The notes under the pieces are model-generated. The model worked only from the letters and a program-made list of their open reading frames with translations. It had not been told where the DNA came from and made no database searches. This document shows positions 35,376-44,498 of a stretch of DNA of 64,000 nucleotides, in pieces. The position numbers and the translations under genes were made by a program. The stretch is from a virus. Lineage: Duplodnaviria > Caudoviricetes. Each line of letters starts with the position of its first letter. The stretch's first letter is position 1. The stretch spans positions 476 through 64,475 of IMG/VR virus record IMGVR_UViG_3300025727_000012; one strand, written 5' to 3'.

Positions 35376-38300
35376 CTATGCTAACATCTTGAAAGTGCCT
35401 GATATAGACCTGGTACTGAACCCCCACTGGAGACTCCAGTCAAGCTTGGCCATGTATGGGCGATTTAAGTAAACTTTATCTTTCTCTGGCTTGACTCCCC
35501 AGCACTTAATCGATCTCTGCTCGGAGTTGGAGTCAATGACCTTGACAATGTAGAAGTCTTTACCGTTTTTCGTCTTCTTCTTCGCAACCTCTCTGGGAAT
35601 AAACCAAACGACTTGCAAACCCTCATCGAATTCAGAGATTGGAGGGATGTGCAGCTCATCCAATCTCCTCTGAACGTGTTCATCAACAACCAGATTCAGT
35701 GGGAAGACTCCCGTAAGATCAACGAGATACTGAAGTTTTTCCTCTTCCGTGAACTCTCCCTCTGGGGCATATAACCTTATGTTGTCCTCCAAGTTTTTAA
35801 GCTTTCGAGGCCGGTCGCATGCGACGGCTGACCAGAAGTGCTTGAGGCCCGTGAATCTTTCGTCCATCAGGCAATTCAGGGTCTGACTCTTTATCAAGGC
35901 GTCCAAACTTTTCTTGTTGAGTTTCGAATAAGTGATGTTGTCGTTAAATATAAACTCCTCGATCGTGTCGAACGGCCTGTTGTCTAGTATTTGTCGAATC
36001 GCAGATATACCTAGACCCTTGATAGACGAAAGCGGTTGGATCAATGTTTTTTTGTCTTCGCTTATCTCCCAAGTTATGCCAGATGTATTTATGTTCAAAG
36101 GTTCGATATTGTACCCATAGGATTTCGCAACATTGATCGCTCGCTCTTTCCGTTTATCCGGCTCCTTATCTAAAAACGCGGCCATCCAGCACTCGGGGTA
36201 ATAATTCAGTAACCAGGCGCACTGGTATGAAAGAATACAGTAGGAAACAGCGTGAGACTTGTTGAAACCATATCCTGAAAAGTATTCAAACTTTTCCCAA
36301 AGCTCCTTGGCTTGGTGGCCCTTCATTCCCTTCTCGATACAACCCTCGCGAAACTTGACATAAATCTTTTCTTTTTCTTCATCCGCTGATGAGCCCAGCC
36401 CTGTCTTGGTCAGCAGTTTTCTCAGCTTGTTCCCCTCATCTAGCGTCACATTCTTGCCGAGCTTGTGAGCTAGCATAGCAATCTGCTCTTGAAAGATTAA
36501 AAAACCGTATGTTTCTTCGGTGACTTCTCTGACTTGTTTGTTGAGGTAGTCCACGCTACTTGGATCTTGCTTTGCGCCGACATACATCTTATCAACGCCA
36601 GCCGACAATGGGCCAGGTCGATAGATGGAGGTGATTGCAGCGAGGTCTGTGATATTATTGGGCAGTGCCTGCTTGCAAAAGGCTTGTGCTCCGGCTTCTG
36701 TAAATTGGAATATCCCCGCCCACCTTCCTTCGTGAAACACGTTTTTCCACACTTGGTCATCATCTAGGTCGATCCTCTCGGGGTGTAACCTTTCGTCGTA
36801 GAATCTCTTGATATCGGTGAAGGACGGGTCATCCACACCTTCATACCTCACCAAAACGTGGCGTATTGCGTCCTCCATCATCCTCAAGGAAGCGAGTCCC
36901 AGGATATCAAACTTGATGAAACCCATTGGTTCCAAGTGTCGCACGTTCATACCCTCAGACCAAGGCGTTTGGCGGACACCCCCTGAGTTGATAAGCGGCA
37001 TCCACTGGTCTAGGTTCTCTCCCACAACAACACCACCAGCGTGGCGTGAAGCTGAGCGTGTCTGACCATAGAGAGCATTTACGTGCGTTTCAATGTGAGG
37101 ATACTTCTTCAAAAAATCTTTTAATGTCTCGGAGTACATCATAAGCTCTTCGAAGGTGGGATTGTACACTCCAGCAGTGATACCGCGTGCTTTTTTGGCC
37201 AGCGGTGTTGCCTCGAATATCATCTTGCTAGTGACGTTGTTCACTTCCGAGAAAGATATGTTATAAAACTTTGATATGTCCTTTACCAAAGATCTCAACT
37301 GTAACGTGTTCCAGTTTGTAATGGGGACCACGGTGTTGTCTCCCCACTCGTCAATGAGTTCTTCCTTTAAAGTCATCGGGTCCGAAACATCGTAGTCAAT
37401 GTCTGGGTAGCCGGACCCACCTTTTGTCAAAAAGCGCTCAAATTGGAGCCCGTACTTGATCGGATCTACTTGGGTGATGTCTAGGGCATAGGCGACCAGA
37501 GAGCCTGCGGCAGAGCCTCTGCCGGCCCCCACAAGCTGCTTTACGGTCGCTCTGTCGGCGATTGCTTTCATCGTCAGAAAATACTTACTAAATCCTCTAG
37601 ACTCGATAATCTTGCACTCATATTTCAGCCTTTCGATATAATCGGGATTGGAAACGAATCCACGCACTCGTGCGCCCTCGATGCAAAGTCTTGCGAGAGC
37701 TTGTCCTGGCGAGTAGCCGTCGGGAACAAACATATCAGGTAGACGAACCTCGTTATCAGGCAAAAAATCCTCAATGTCATTAAAAGCAATCCGGTGAGTA
37801 CTCTTTATAGAATTAAGTACCAAATTGTCGTCGTATTGAAATCCACATTCTTTAGAGTATTTCTTATAACTCTCCCACATCTGGTCGCCATTTTTTGGAT
37901 AAAGTTCATAACCAACCTCTTCAACTCCATCGGGCAGTTCATTAGACATCCATTCTGGGCGTCTGCCTAGGAAGCCTAGGCGCTTATAAAGTTCTCTGTC
38001 CTTCCATACGTCTGGCGAATAGTAGTGAGAGTCCGCCGTAGAAATCAGGTCAATGCCAAATTCGTGATGCATTTGTATGATGTAGGTATTCAGTTGATGC
38101 TGCTCTGGCACATTATTCCACTGCAGTTCTCCATACCATCTCTGTCCAAATATTGACTGCATCTTCTGGGTAGTCTCTCGAAAAGCATTGAGGACAGCAT
38201 CTTCCCCCTTGTCTTTATTCTGCCAGAAATTACCTGCATAAACCCCGCCTAAACAGGCAGAGGCCGCGATGACGCCCTCATTGTGCCTCTTCAGCATCGC

Positions 38301-38813
38301 ATAGTCAACTCTAGGGTAACGATAAAAGTTATCACTAGTGTACGACTTTGAGATCATTTTGAAAATGTTCTTCAAACCGACCTGATTCTGAGCTAGTAGT
38401 ATGAGATGACTTCTTCTATTTAGAGTTGACTTTACGAGCTTTTTAGATTCCTCATCTTCAACCGTAGCGCCGCTCTGGAGTTCCCTCTTCTTTGTAGATT
38501 TGTTCTTTGCTAAAGCGCGAACCTTGTCGTATTCCTCTTTCCAATTGGCCACAGATGGAATGAAGTAGGCTTCACAGCCGAAGATAGGCTTGAAGTCCCT
38601 GCCCTCAGACTTCATCTTCTTTGCGTGTAAAACCTGGTATGCTAGTCCGTTAGCGTTTCCGTGATCCGTGAGGGCCAGGGCGTCCATACCGTTTTCGTAT
38701 GCAAAGTCCATATGCTCGGAAGGGTATCCCAGAGCGTCAAAAAGCGAGCCGGCGACCGAATGTGCGTGCAGTCCAACGAACGGAATATCGGATTTATTCC
38801 TCTGTGAGTTCAT
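35376..38813 (-). CDS. dnaE: DNA polymerase III alpha subunit
   Basis: PHP motifs HAHS/LTDHG/GCEAY/DSHY; GRGSAAGS, PDIDYD, KFDILGL, YGFNKSH. Confidence 0.97.
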   Translation of the reverse strand: MNSQRNKSDIPFVGLHAHSVAGSLFDALGYPSEHMDFAYENGMDALALTDHGNANGLAYQVLHAKKMKSEGRDFKPIFGCEAYFIPSVANWKEEYDKVRALAKNKSTKKRELQSGATVEDEESKKLVKSTLNRRSHLILLAQNQVGLKNIFKMISKSYTSDNFYRYPRVDYAMLKRHNEGVIAASACLGGVYAGNFWQNKDKGEDAVLNAFRETTQKMQSIFGQRWYGELQWNNVPEQHQLNTYIIQMHHEFGIDLISTADSHYYSPDVWKDRELYKRLGFLGRRPEWMSNELPDGVEEVGYELYPKNGDQMWESYKKYSKECGFQYDDNLVLNSIKSTHRIAFNDIEDFLPDNEVRLPDMFVPDGYSPGQALARLCIEGARVRGFVSNPDYIERLKYECKIIESRGFSKYFLTMKAIADRATVKQLVGAGRGSAAGSLVAYALDITQVDPIKYGLQFERFLTKGGSGYPDIDYDVSDPMTLKEELIDEWGDNTVVPITNWNTLQLRSLVKDISKFYNISFSEVNNVTSKMIFEATPLAKKARGITAGVYNPTFEELMMYSETLKDFLKKYPHIETHVNALYGQTRSASRHAGGVVVGENLDQWMPLINSGGVRQTPWSEGMNVRHLEPMGFIKFDILGLASLRMMEDAIRHVLVRYEGVDDPSFTDIKRFYDERLHPERIDLDDDQVWKNVFHEGRWAGIFQFTEAGAQAFCKQALPNNITDLAAITSIYRPGPLSAGVDKMYVGAKQDPSSVDYLNKQVREVTEETYGFLIFQEQIAMLAHKLGKNVTLDEGNKLRKLLTKTGLGSSADEEKEKIYVKFREGCIEKGMKGHQAKELWEKFEYFSGYGFNKSHAVSYCILSYQCAWLLNYYPECWMAAFLDKEPDKRKERAINVAKSYGYNIEPLNINTSGITWEISEDKKTLIQPLSSIKGLGISAIRQILDNRPFDTIEEFIFNDNITYSKLNKKSLDALIKSQTLNCLMDERFTGLKHFWSAVACDRPRKLKNLEDNIRLYAPEGEFTEEEKLQYLVDLTGVFPLNLVVDEHVQRRLDELHIPPISEFDEGLQVVWFIPREVAKKKTKNGKDFYIVKVIDSNSEQRSIKCWGVKPEKDKVYLNRPYMAKLDWSLQWGFSTRSISGTFKMLA

Positions 38814-39030
38814 CTATTAAATCCTCCAGGTCATTTTGAAGACCGTATAATTTATTAACAAGGGAGTCGAACTCATCTGACTTTGACTTCGAGGCACAAA
38901 TCATTGCACCATCCCATATTTTTTCAAAAAGACACTGTTGAAAGTGGCCCAGTTGGTAACTGTGGTTTGGCAAACCAGCTTCCCCTTTTTCCAAGAGCGT
39001 AAGCTCATCATAAACCTCATTCCAGCTCAT
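38794..39030 (-). CDS. hypothetical protein
   Basis: coupled ORF. Confidence 0.65.
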   Translation of the reverse strand: MSWNEVYDELTLLEKGEAGLPNHSYQLGHFQQCLFEKIWDGAMICASKSKSDEFDSLVNKLYGLQNDLEDLIDELTEE

Positions 39031-39907
39031 CGTCTGTCCCCTTTAATTTTTTAAAAGTACTGTTTTTAAATATGTGTTTGCTCGGTCTCTTTATCTCCGA
39101 GGTTTTACCTGATAAGAAATAGTACTGGTAATCCTGCCAATTGTCAATTGAAAAGTACCAATCGACGTTAACCTCAACAGTGCCAGCGTCGATTACGCAG
39201 CCCTGCATCATTTCCCTTATTCCGATGTCCTTGGATGACCAGCGCTTAGCAATGGGCAAACTCTTGTCGTTTCCGGTACAGGACTTCTTGGCCTGGTGTA
39301 CGCAATTCTTGTAGTCTTCTGGGGACATCGAGAAACCCAAGTACGTATCTTTGTTCAAAGCGTTGCAGCTTTCGTGCGTAAGCACTACCCGGTTCGGACT
39401 GGACAACACTTTCCTGTGTTTTTGAAGTTGCGACGGATCGTAGACGCCATAAGGGAAGCAGACATAATATCTACTAGGTACGACCCAACGACTAATCTTT
39501 GAGCTTGTGACGAACGCTGATAACATTCCGTGCATCGCGTTCCAAATAAGGCTATCTCTTCTATCTCTGTCTTTTGGGTGCACCGGAGTATAAAACACCG
39601 GAACTATGCGCTTTCCGTCTTTTGGAAACTTGGTGAACGAGGCCTGAGAAACACTGCAAGGGTCAACAACATAATCTCCAACCCTATGCTTCAAAAGTGG
39701 TTGAATGTCGTCATCACAAACAATCCATATAGTCTCGCAGCCAGCATAAGCGCACTCGATTACAGCCCTCTCTATTGCGAGGTAGTTCTGAGATATCGGA
39801 TTCAAGGATTCGTGCCAAGGGAATCCAAAGTCTGATCGTATTCCAGAAACAGGAATCACACCAGCCAGATGAAAAATATTGGGATTTTCGCTGCCTTTTT
39901 CAATCAC
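39017..39907 (-). CDS. divergent sugar-nucleotidyltransferase (GT-A fold)-like protein
   Basis: LAGVIPVSG...P...L.PI...IERAV.EC..AG...IWIV; canonical GxGTR..PK degenerate; GTG start inferred. Confidence 0.55.
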   Translation of the reverse strand: MIEKGSENPNIFHLAGVIPVSGIRSDFGFPWHESLNPISQNYLAIERAVIECAYAGCETIWIVCDDDIQPLLKHRVGDYVVDPCSVSQASFTKFPKDGKRIVPVFYTPVHPKDRDRRDSLIWNAMHGMLSAFVTSSKISRWVVPSRYYVCFPYGVYDPSQLQKHRKVLSSPNRVVLTHESCNALNKDTYLGFSMSPEDYKNCVHQAKKSCTGNDKSLPIAKRWSSKDIGIREMMQGCVIDAGTVEVNVDWYFSIDNWQDYQYYFLSGKTSEIKRPSKHIFKNSTFKKLKGTDDELE

Positions 39908-40682
39908 GCGCTTGCACCAAAAGAACATCAAGAGATGTCGTTGGAAATTCGACCAAAGAGGACGGTTCATACCTGTCGAGCCCAACCTTTATAACGTCCC
40001 TACTGGTGACGTTCAAGTCTATCCTGTTTCTAAAGACTTTTCCCGTCTTTTTATCGATTCTATTTACAGTACCCATAATACCATTTTCTTCTAACGCTCT
40101 TCTGGTCTTAAATCTACACATAGTATCAGAAAATTCAAAATCCAACAACTGGCCTTCACTCAGGTATGAAACAACGACTACATCCTTGTGTCTCAAGTCA
40201 CTATCTAATCTGCCAGACTCGTAGAGAACAATTCTGTTTACAAAATCGTCTTTAGATCTAATCTCATCGGTTTCAAACTTAACACATTTTTTTAAGTTTA
40301 TCCAATCAACAACTTTGAGCTTTTCTTGGCCCTTTTCGATAACTTCGTTTTCAAGATCCAGGCAGTTGTTGTCAAATACATAACATTTTTTGAACAAGAT
40401 TTTCGCACTGTGGTTTCCACCATGGATCACGGTGATAGACTCACCCCTTACCCTCAAGGACTTGACTCTATCGGAGAACGGGATTTTCCCCAAGAGACCG
40501 AGTCTGAACATACGCTGGTTCCACATCTCAAACCCTTCATCAAAGAAATATGGTGGAGACGAGCCATTATATATCAACGGACAGTCGTTGATCTGTGCGT
40601 ATAATACCGATCTCAAGCAAGATCCGACAACTATTTTATCGACAGACCAAGTTCTTGTAGTCATAGTGTATGTTCCTAGCAC
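39900..40682 (-). CDS. divergent Rossmann/FAD-oxidoreductase-like protein
   Basis: DKIVVGSCLRSVLYA resembles degenerate D.IVVGxGxxG. Confidence 0.45.
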   Translation of the reverse strand: MLGTYTMTTRTWSVDKIVVGSCLRSVLYAQINDCPLIYNGSSPPYFFDEGFEMWNQRMFRLGLLGKIPFSDRVKSLRVRGESITVIHGGNHSAKILFKKCYVFDNNCLDLENEVIEKGQEKLKVVDWINLKKCVKFETDEIRSKDDFVNRIVLYESGRLDSDLRHKDVVVVSYLSEGQLLDFEFSDTMCRFKTRRALEENGIMGTVNRIDKKTGKVFRNRIDLNVTSRDVIKVGLDRYEPSSLVEFPTTSLDVLLVQARD

Positions 40683-42726
40683 TAGCGTGTTGAAATGCGC
40701 TTCTTGGCACTGAAGATGTTACTTGGTCACCAGGGAGGCAAATCTCGTCTAGAATCGACATAAGATCATTGTACGTTTGGTCGGCATTGGTTGTCAGTGC
40801 AAACATTCCTCCGCCGGTCGGTTGTGTATACCTCGACCATCGGGTCTGGTAGTATGATCCTGTAAAGACATACAGTTTAGTATTTGGGGACGCGGATAAG
40901 GCCTCAATCAGCGGTTGTGGGTCTAGAGTTGGGTCAAGGAATGATTGGTCTTCTTCGTCTGTAAAAACAATTATTATTCTATCTGCGTCTGGTCTCCAGT
41001 TGATTCTGAAATCGTGAAGAGTAGGGATGGAGTCTATCTGGTGAAACCTATCCAACCACGATGCGGCTGCAAGGTCGTAAGGAAGATTCGTGGAGATTGT
41101 GCTTACAGACATATACAGAGCGTCCCTCAACATCTCACTTGTTGTCCCTGGTCCAAACGCTCCGGCAGAAGAGAACGCTGACATAAAGTCTGCAAAGCTT
41201 GCGATATCTGTTTCTCTTCTTAGCCACTCAGTTTGTTGGTGTGCGTGTAGACCTTCTACTGGAAAGATTCTTGGCCCAGTTATGAGACCCCATTTGAGTT
41301 TCTGTTCTGCGGAAAACTGACTGGCGAAGCGGTTCATTGCTGTTTGTGTCGCATTGATGTTGTATTCCATTGAGCCGGACCAGTCGAGAATGAAGAGAAT
41401 GTCTGTATCTGGAATTGCTTCTCCGAAGTCCGTAGTTCCATCGCAGTCGTTGTCAGCGCCATCGCATATCTCTCTGCTCGGAACAACCTCTCCAGCGCAG
41501 AAATCGATAAGCAAGTCTCCGTTCGATAGTTCACCAAACCACTGTCCTTCTAGGCAAAGCATCTCGCCAAGTGAACATACGCCGATGCCACCAGTTCCCT
41601 CTGGGCCAGAATAACATGACTTGACAAGCTCTTCGTCAACTAGGTCGTCGCAGTCTTCATCAAAGTTATTGCAAACTTCTGGGTTGACTGGGATTCCCAG
41701 GAGCGCGTTGCACCCTTCTGGATCATCAGCAGGGACTAGTTCCGGAGGTAACCAAGCGCAGAGTGCAAGGCAATCTGAATACTTTGTAACCGAGCAGTCG
41801 TCGTTATCACACTCGCAACTCTTGAATCCCATACCACAAGACAGCGGGGGTTCCATACAAGGCAATAGAGCACCAATGATTTCTGGCGGGCACTCACATT
41901 GAAGACCCTCATCGACGAGGGCATCGCAGTCGTTGTCTTGGCCGTCGCAGGCCTCTACCGATGGTTGCCTTGCGGTACAACCTATCCAGCGGCCATCTAC
42001 ACAAACCTCGATACCTCTTTCGCAAGTGGTGACGCACTCTTGGATGAGTTCTTCGTCGATGTCTCCGTCGCAGTCGTTGTCTAGACCGTCGCAAGTGTCT
42101 TGAGGAAGTGGTCCGCAAAGACCGCATTCATTTAATTGGTTTTCATCTACCTCGTCATCGCAATCATTGTCGAGACCGTCGCAGATCTCATCTGAAACAA
42201 TGCAAGTGATGCACTCTCCGTAGTAGAGTCTACCTTTATCACACTTGACCTCTTGTGTCCCTGGGTCTCCATTGACATCGCAGTCATAGGTCACTGTAAA
42301 GTCTTCGTTCGCTCCTGGTGGGCAATCAAAGGCATGGTTGCAATCGCTTTCATAGATGATTTCTGCTGGTAGGCAAGTGCTGTCAAAGTTCCTGTCGCAA
42401 GGAACATGGTCTTCTCCACAAATGTCCAAGATAGCATCTTTCGCTAGGATTTCAGTCCCAACTGGTGGGCAGTACCAAATTTGTTGCTGGCAGCATCTCG
42501 GAAAGCATGTGCAATAATCAGCGTCAATGTTCTGGACGTCAGCGCAAGGGTCGACATAAGCGTCAACCGTGATATCTGGGATTTCTATGATTCTTGTGTC
42601 TGGAGACAAAAGGTCTACACTTATGCCTACCTGGAGGTCTTTTGTCTCACCTTGTTGCGAGACAGTATCAGCGCACGATGCGAGCGCTAACAAGACGCCG
42701 ATAAAACTTATTGATTTTCTTAACAT
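40636..42726 (-). CDS. lipoprotein with five MopE-like (CDGxDNDCD) repeats and C-terminal vWA domain
   Basis: LASC lipobox; repeats; DILFILDWSGSM MIDAS, IIVFTDE. Confidence 0.88.
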   Translation of the reverse strand: MLRKSISFIGVLLALASCADTVSQQGETKDLQVGISVDLLSPDTRIIEIPDITVDAYVDPCADVQNIDADYCTCFPRCCQQQIWYCPPVGTEILAKDAILDICGEDHVPCDRNFDSTCLPAEIIYESDCNHAFDCPPGANEDFTVTYDCDVNGDPGTQEVKCDKGRLYYGECITCIVSDEICDGLDNDCDDEVDENQLNECGLCGPLPQDTCDGLDNDCDGDIDEELIQECVTTCERGIEVCVDGRWIGCTARQPSVEACDGQDNDCDALVDEGLQCECPPEIIGALLPCMEPPLSCGMGFKSCECDNDDCSVTKYSDCLALCAWLPPELVPADDPEGCNALLGIPVNPEVCNNFDEDCDDLVDEELVKSCYSGPEGTGGIGVCSLGEMLCLEGQWFGELSNGDLLIDFCAGEVVPSREICDGADNDCDGTTDFGEAIPDTDILFILDWSGSMEYNINATQTAMNRFASQFSAEQKLKWGLITGPRIFPVEGLHAHQQTEWLRRETDIASFADFMSAFSSAGAFGPGTTSEMLRDALYMSVSTISTNLPYDLAAASWLDRFHQIDSIPTLHDFRINWRPDADRIIIVFTDEEDQSFLDPTLDPQPLIEALSASPNTKLYVFTGSYYQTRWSRYTQPTGGGMFALTTNADQTYNDLMSILDEICLPGDQVTSSVPRSAFQHASARNIHYDYKNLVCR

Positions 42727-43153
42727 AATATAACCTTTTATAAAAATTTGTGTCTCTCAGACACTTAGAGCCGGCGTTGTAGAAACACAAGCCTTTGTCT
42801 GTATTACCTTTTGCATACACTCTAATATTGTATGAAAGGATTCTTGCACCAACCTTAACGGCTGTCCTGGGGTTCTTCAGTTGCTCGCAGGTGTACTTTA
42901 TACCGCGTGTCTCCTTGCCTCCGGTCCACTTTGGAACGACTTGTGTTAGTCCGCATGCGTTAGCATAACTAACCGAACTTGGCCAATAGGCACTCTCAAT
43001 ATATATGAGTGCTGCTAGTAGCTCTGGTTCTATGTTGTTTTTGGTCGACGATCTCACAATGTCTGCCTCCCATTTGCACAGATTTCTGTGTTGGGTGCTG
43101 GACATTGGGAGAGCGATTTGCGCTGCGAGGCAAAGAGAAAGCAGTGGTAGCAT
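42668..43153 (-). CDS. lytic transglycosylase (SLT) with signal peptide
   Basis: LIYIES, ACGLTQV, YNAG; start re-assigned to MLPLLSL. Confidence 0.88.
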   Translation of the reverse strand: MLPLLSLCLAAQIALPMSSTQHRNLCKWEADIVRSSTKNNIEPELLAALIYIESAYWPSSVSYANACGLTQVVPKWTGGKETRGIKYTCEQLKNPRTAVKVGARILSYNIRVYAKGNTDKGLCFYNAGSKCLRDTNFYKRLYYVKKINKFYRRLVSARIVR

Positions 43154-43857
43154 TACTTCTCCATTTTGTTTTTGATGAAAGAATGGACGGAATGTGGAAA
43201 CAAATCCTCTACAATTTCTAGACAAGCTTCAGCGACCTGCTGAATCTCCCACTGTGCTCCTGTGTGTGAACGCAAGGCTACGAACTTCAAGAGGTTATGG
43301 AGGTTGACTGTCCCATAATACTGAGTGTATAAATTCTGTGGCAACACCCCCCTTGCTTGTTCTCTGCATATTCCCGATTCAAGCATCTTGTCAAAGAGTT
43401 TTATACACTCTTGATGATGTGCCTTGACTAGGTCTGAAGCATTGGCCGAGACAGGAAAGCCAGCCCTGTTATATTCTACAATTGGGTTTACCAAATCGTC
43501 TGTACTGGCCTGCCTGTTGCTCTCGTGTTGCCGTCTGAACTCTTTAGGTTCATAAAAATTGATATTTACGGAAGTGTATCTCCTAGAAATCTCGTTATAG
43601 GCCCAAGTACGGTGTCGATGGTGCTGGCTACGTATGAAGAGAGGCACTGTAAACCGAAATGTGACAGCACAATGCTCGAAAGGAGAGCTATGATTGTGGT
43701 CCATAAGGTAGTTGATGAGCTTGATATCTTTCTCATCTACTTCTTTTTTTTCTGAGCCAAAAGACACCCTTGCCGCATTAACAACCGAGAGATCTGAACC
43801 CATATGTGAAACGTACTCAACCGCACCTATGTCATCACCGAAGATTTCAATTCTCAT
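43153..43857 (-). CDS. thyX: flavin-dependent thymidylate synthase
   Basis: HSSPFEH, RHRTWAYNEISRRY, REQARGVLP, AQWEI. Confidence 0.97.
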   Translation of the reverse strand: MRIEIFGDDIGAVEYVSHMGSDLSVVNAARVSFGSEKKEVDEKDIKLINYLMDHNHSSPFEHCAVTFRFTVPLFIRSQHHRHRTWAYNEISRRYTSVNINFYEPKEFRRQHESNRQASTDDLVNPIVEYNRAGFPVSANASDLVKAHHQECIKLFDKMLESGICREQARGVLPQNLYTQYYGTVNLHNLLKFVALRSHTGAQWEIQQVAEACLEIVEDLFPHSVHSFIKNKMEK

Positions 43858-44182
43858 CTAAGCCCCTGTAAATCCCAACAACGTGATTTTCCAAAACAAT
43901 ATACGTCCTTCTATCGCCGATCTTTATTTCTTGGACCATAGACCCGTCGACAACTATTTTCTTTTGCCTCACTGTTCCGTGCCTGAGCCCCTCGAATTGC
44001 TTCGAGCAATCCTCGGACACGTCAATGACTGTCGCTTCGATGTATCTGCCTTCCTCTGGCCTGTAATCATCCGGTAAGAGTACCCCGGATTCCGTCTCAC
44101 GTTCCGTAAAGTGCGGCACAATAGTAAGATGGCGATTAGTTGGTTTCAGTCGGGGAGGCAAACTACTCATCCGGGCCCCCAA
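43847..44182 (-). CDS. groES: co-chaperonin GroES-like
   Basis: LKPTNRH..I...ETESGVLLP...ATVIDV...IVLENHVVG. Confidence 0.75.
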   Translation of the reverse strand: MGARMSSLPPRLKPTNRHLTIVPHFTERETESGVLLPDDYRPEEGRYIEATVIDVSEDCSKQFEGLRHGTVRQKKIVVDGSMVQEIKIGDRRTYIVLENHVVGIYRGLDEN

Positions 44183-44435
44183 ATGTCTTTTTTAGTTGAT
44201 CAAAATAATCGTTGAACGTCTCAATGTCGTCTCCCTGCTTGAGCATACGAAAGACTCTTACTGCTGTTCGCATATCGGCCTTTGTGAGCCATTCGTTCTC
44301 TGCATAGTTGGCTCTTAAGTCTTTAAGTTGTTCCTTGTATGGTCTCATTTCTTCCTCTAAGGCCACAAAGGACTTGACAAAGTTGATGACGTGTTCGTCT
44401 CTTGTGAGCATATCTTCTTCTCGATTAAAAGACAT
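44163..44435 (-). CDS. dsDNA-binding protein (T4 DsbA/GapR-like)
   Basis: FV..LEEE....EQLKDL...; start by RBS AAGGAG. Confidence 0.55.
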   Translation of the reverse strand: MSFNREEDMLTRDEHVINFVKSFVALEEEMRPYKEQLKDLRANYAENEWLTKADMRTAVRVFRMLKQGDDIETFNDYFDQLKKTFGGPDE

Positions 44436-44498
44436 ATAGTCTCCTTTCGTTATGTTGTTTAAGAAATATAATATATTATACGACAAAAATCAAGCAAT

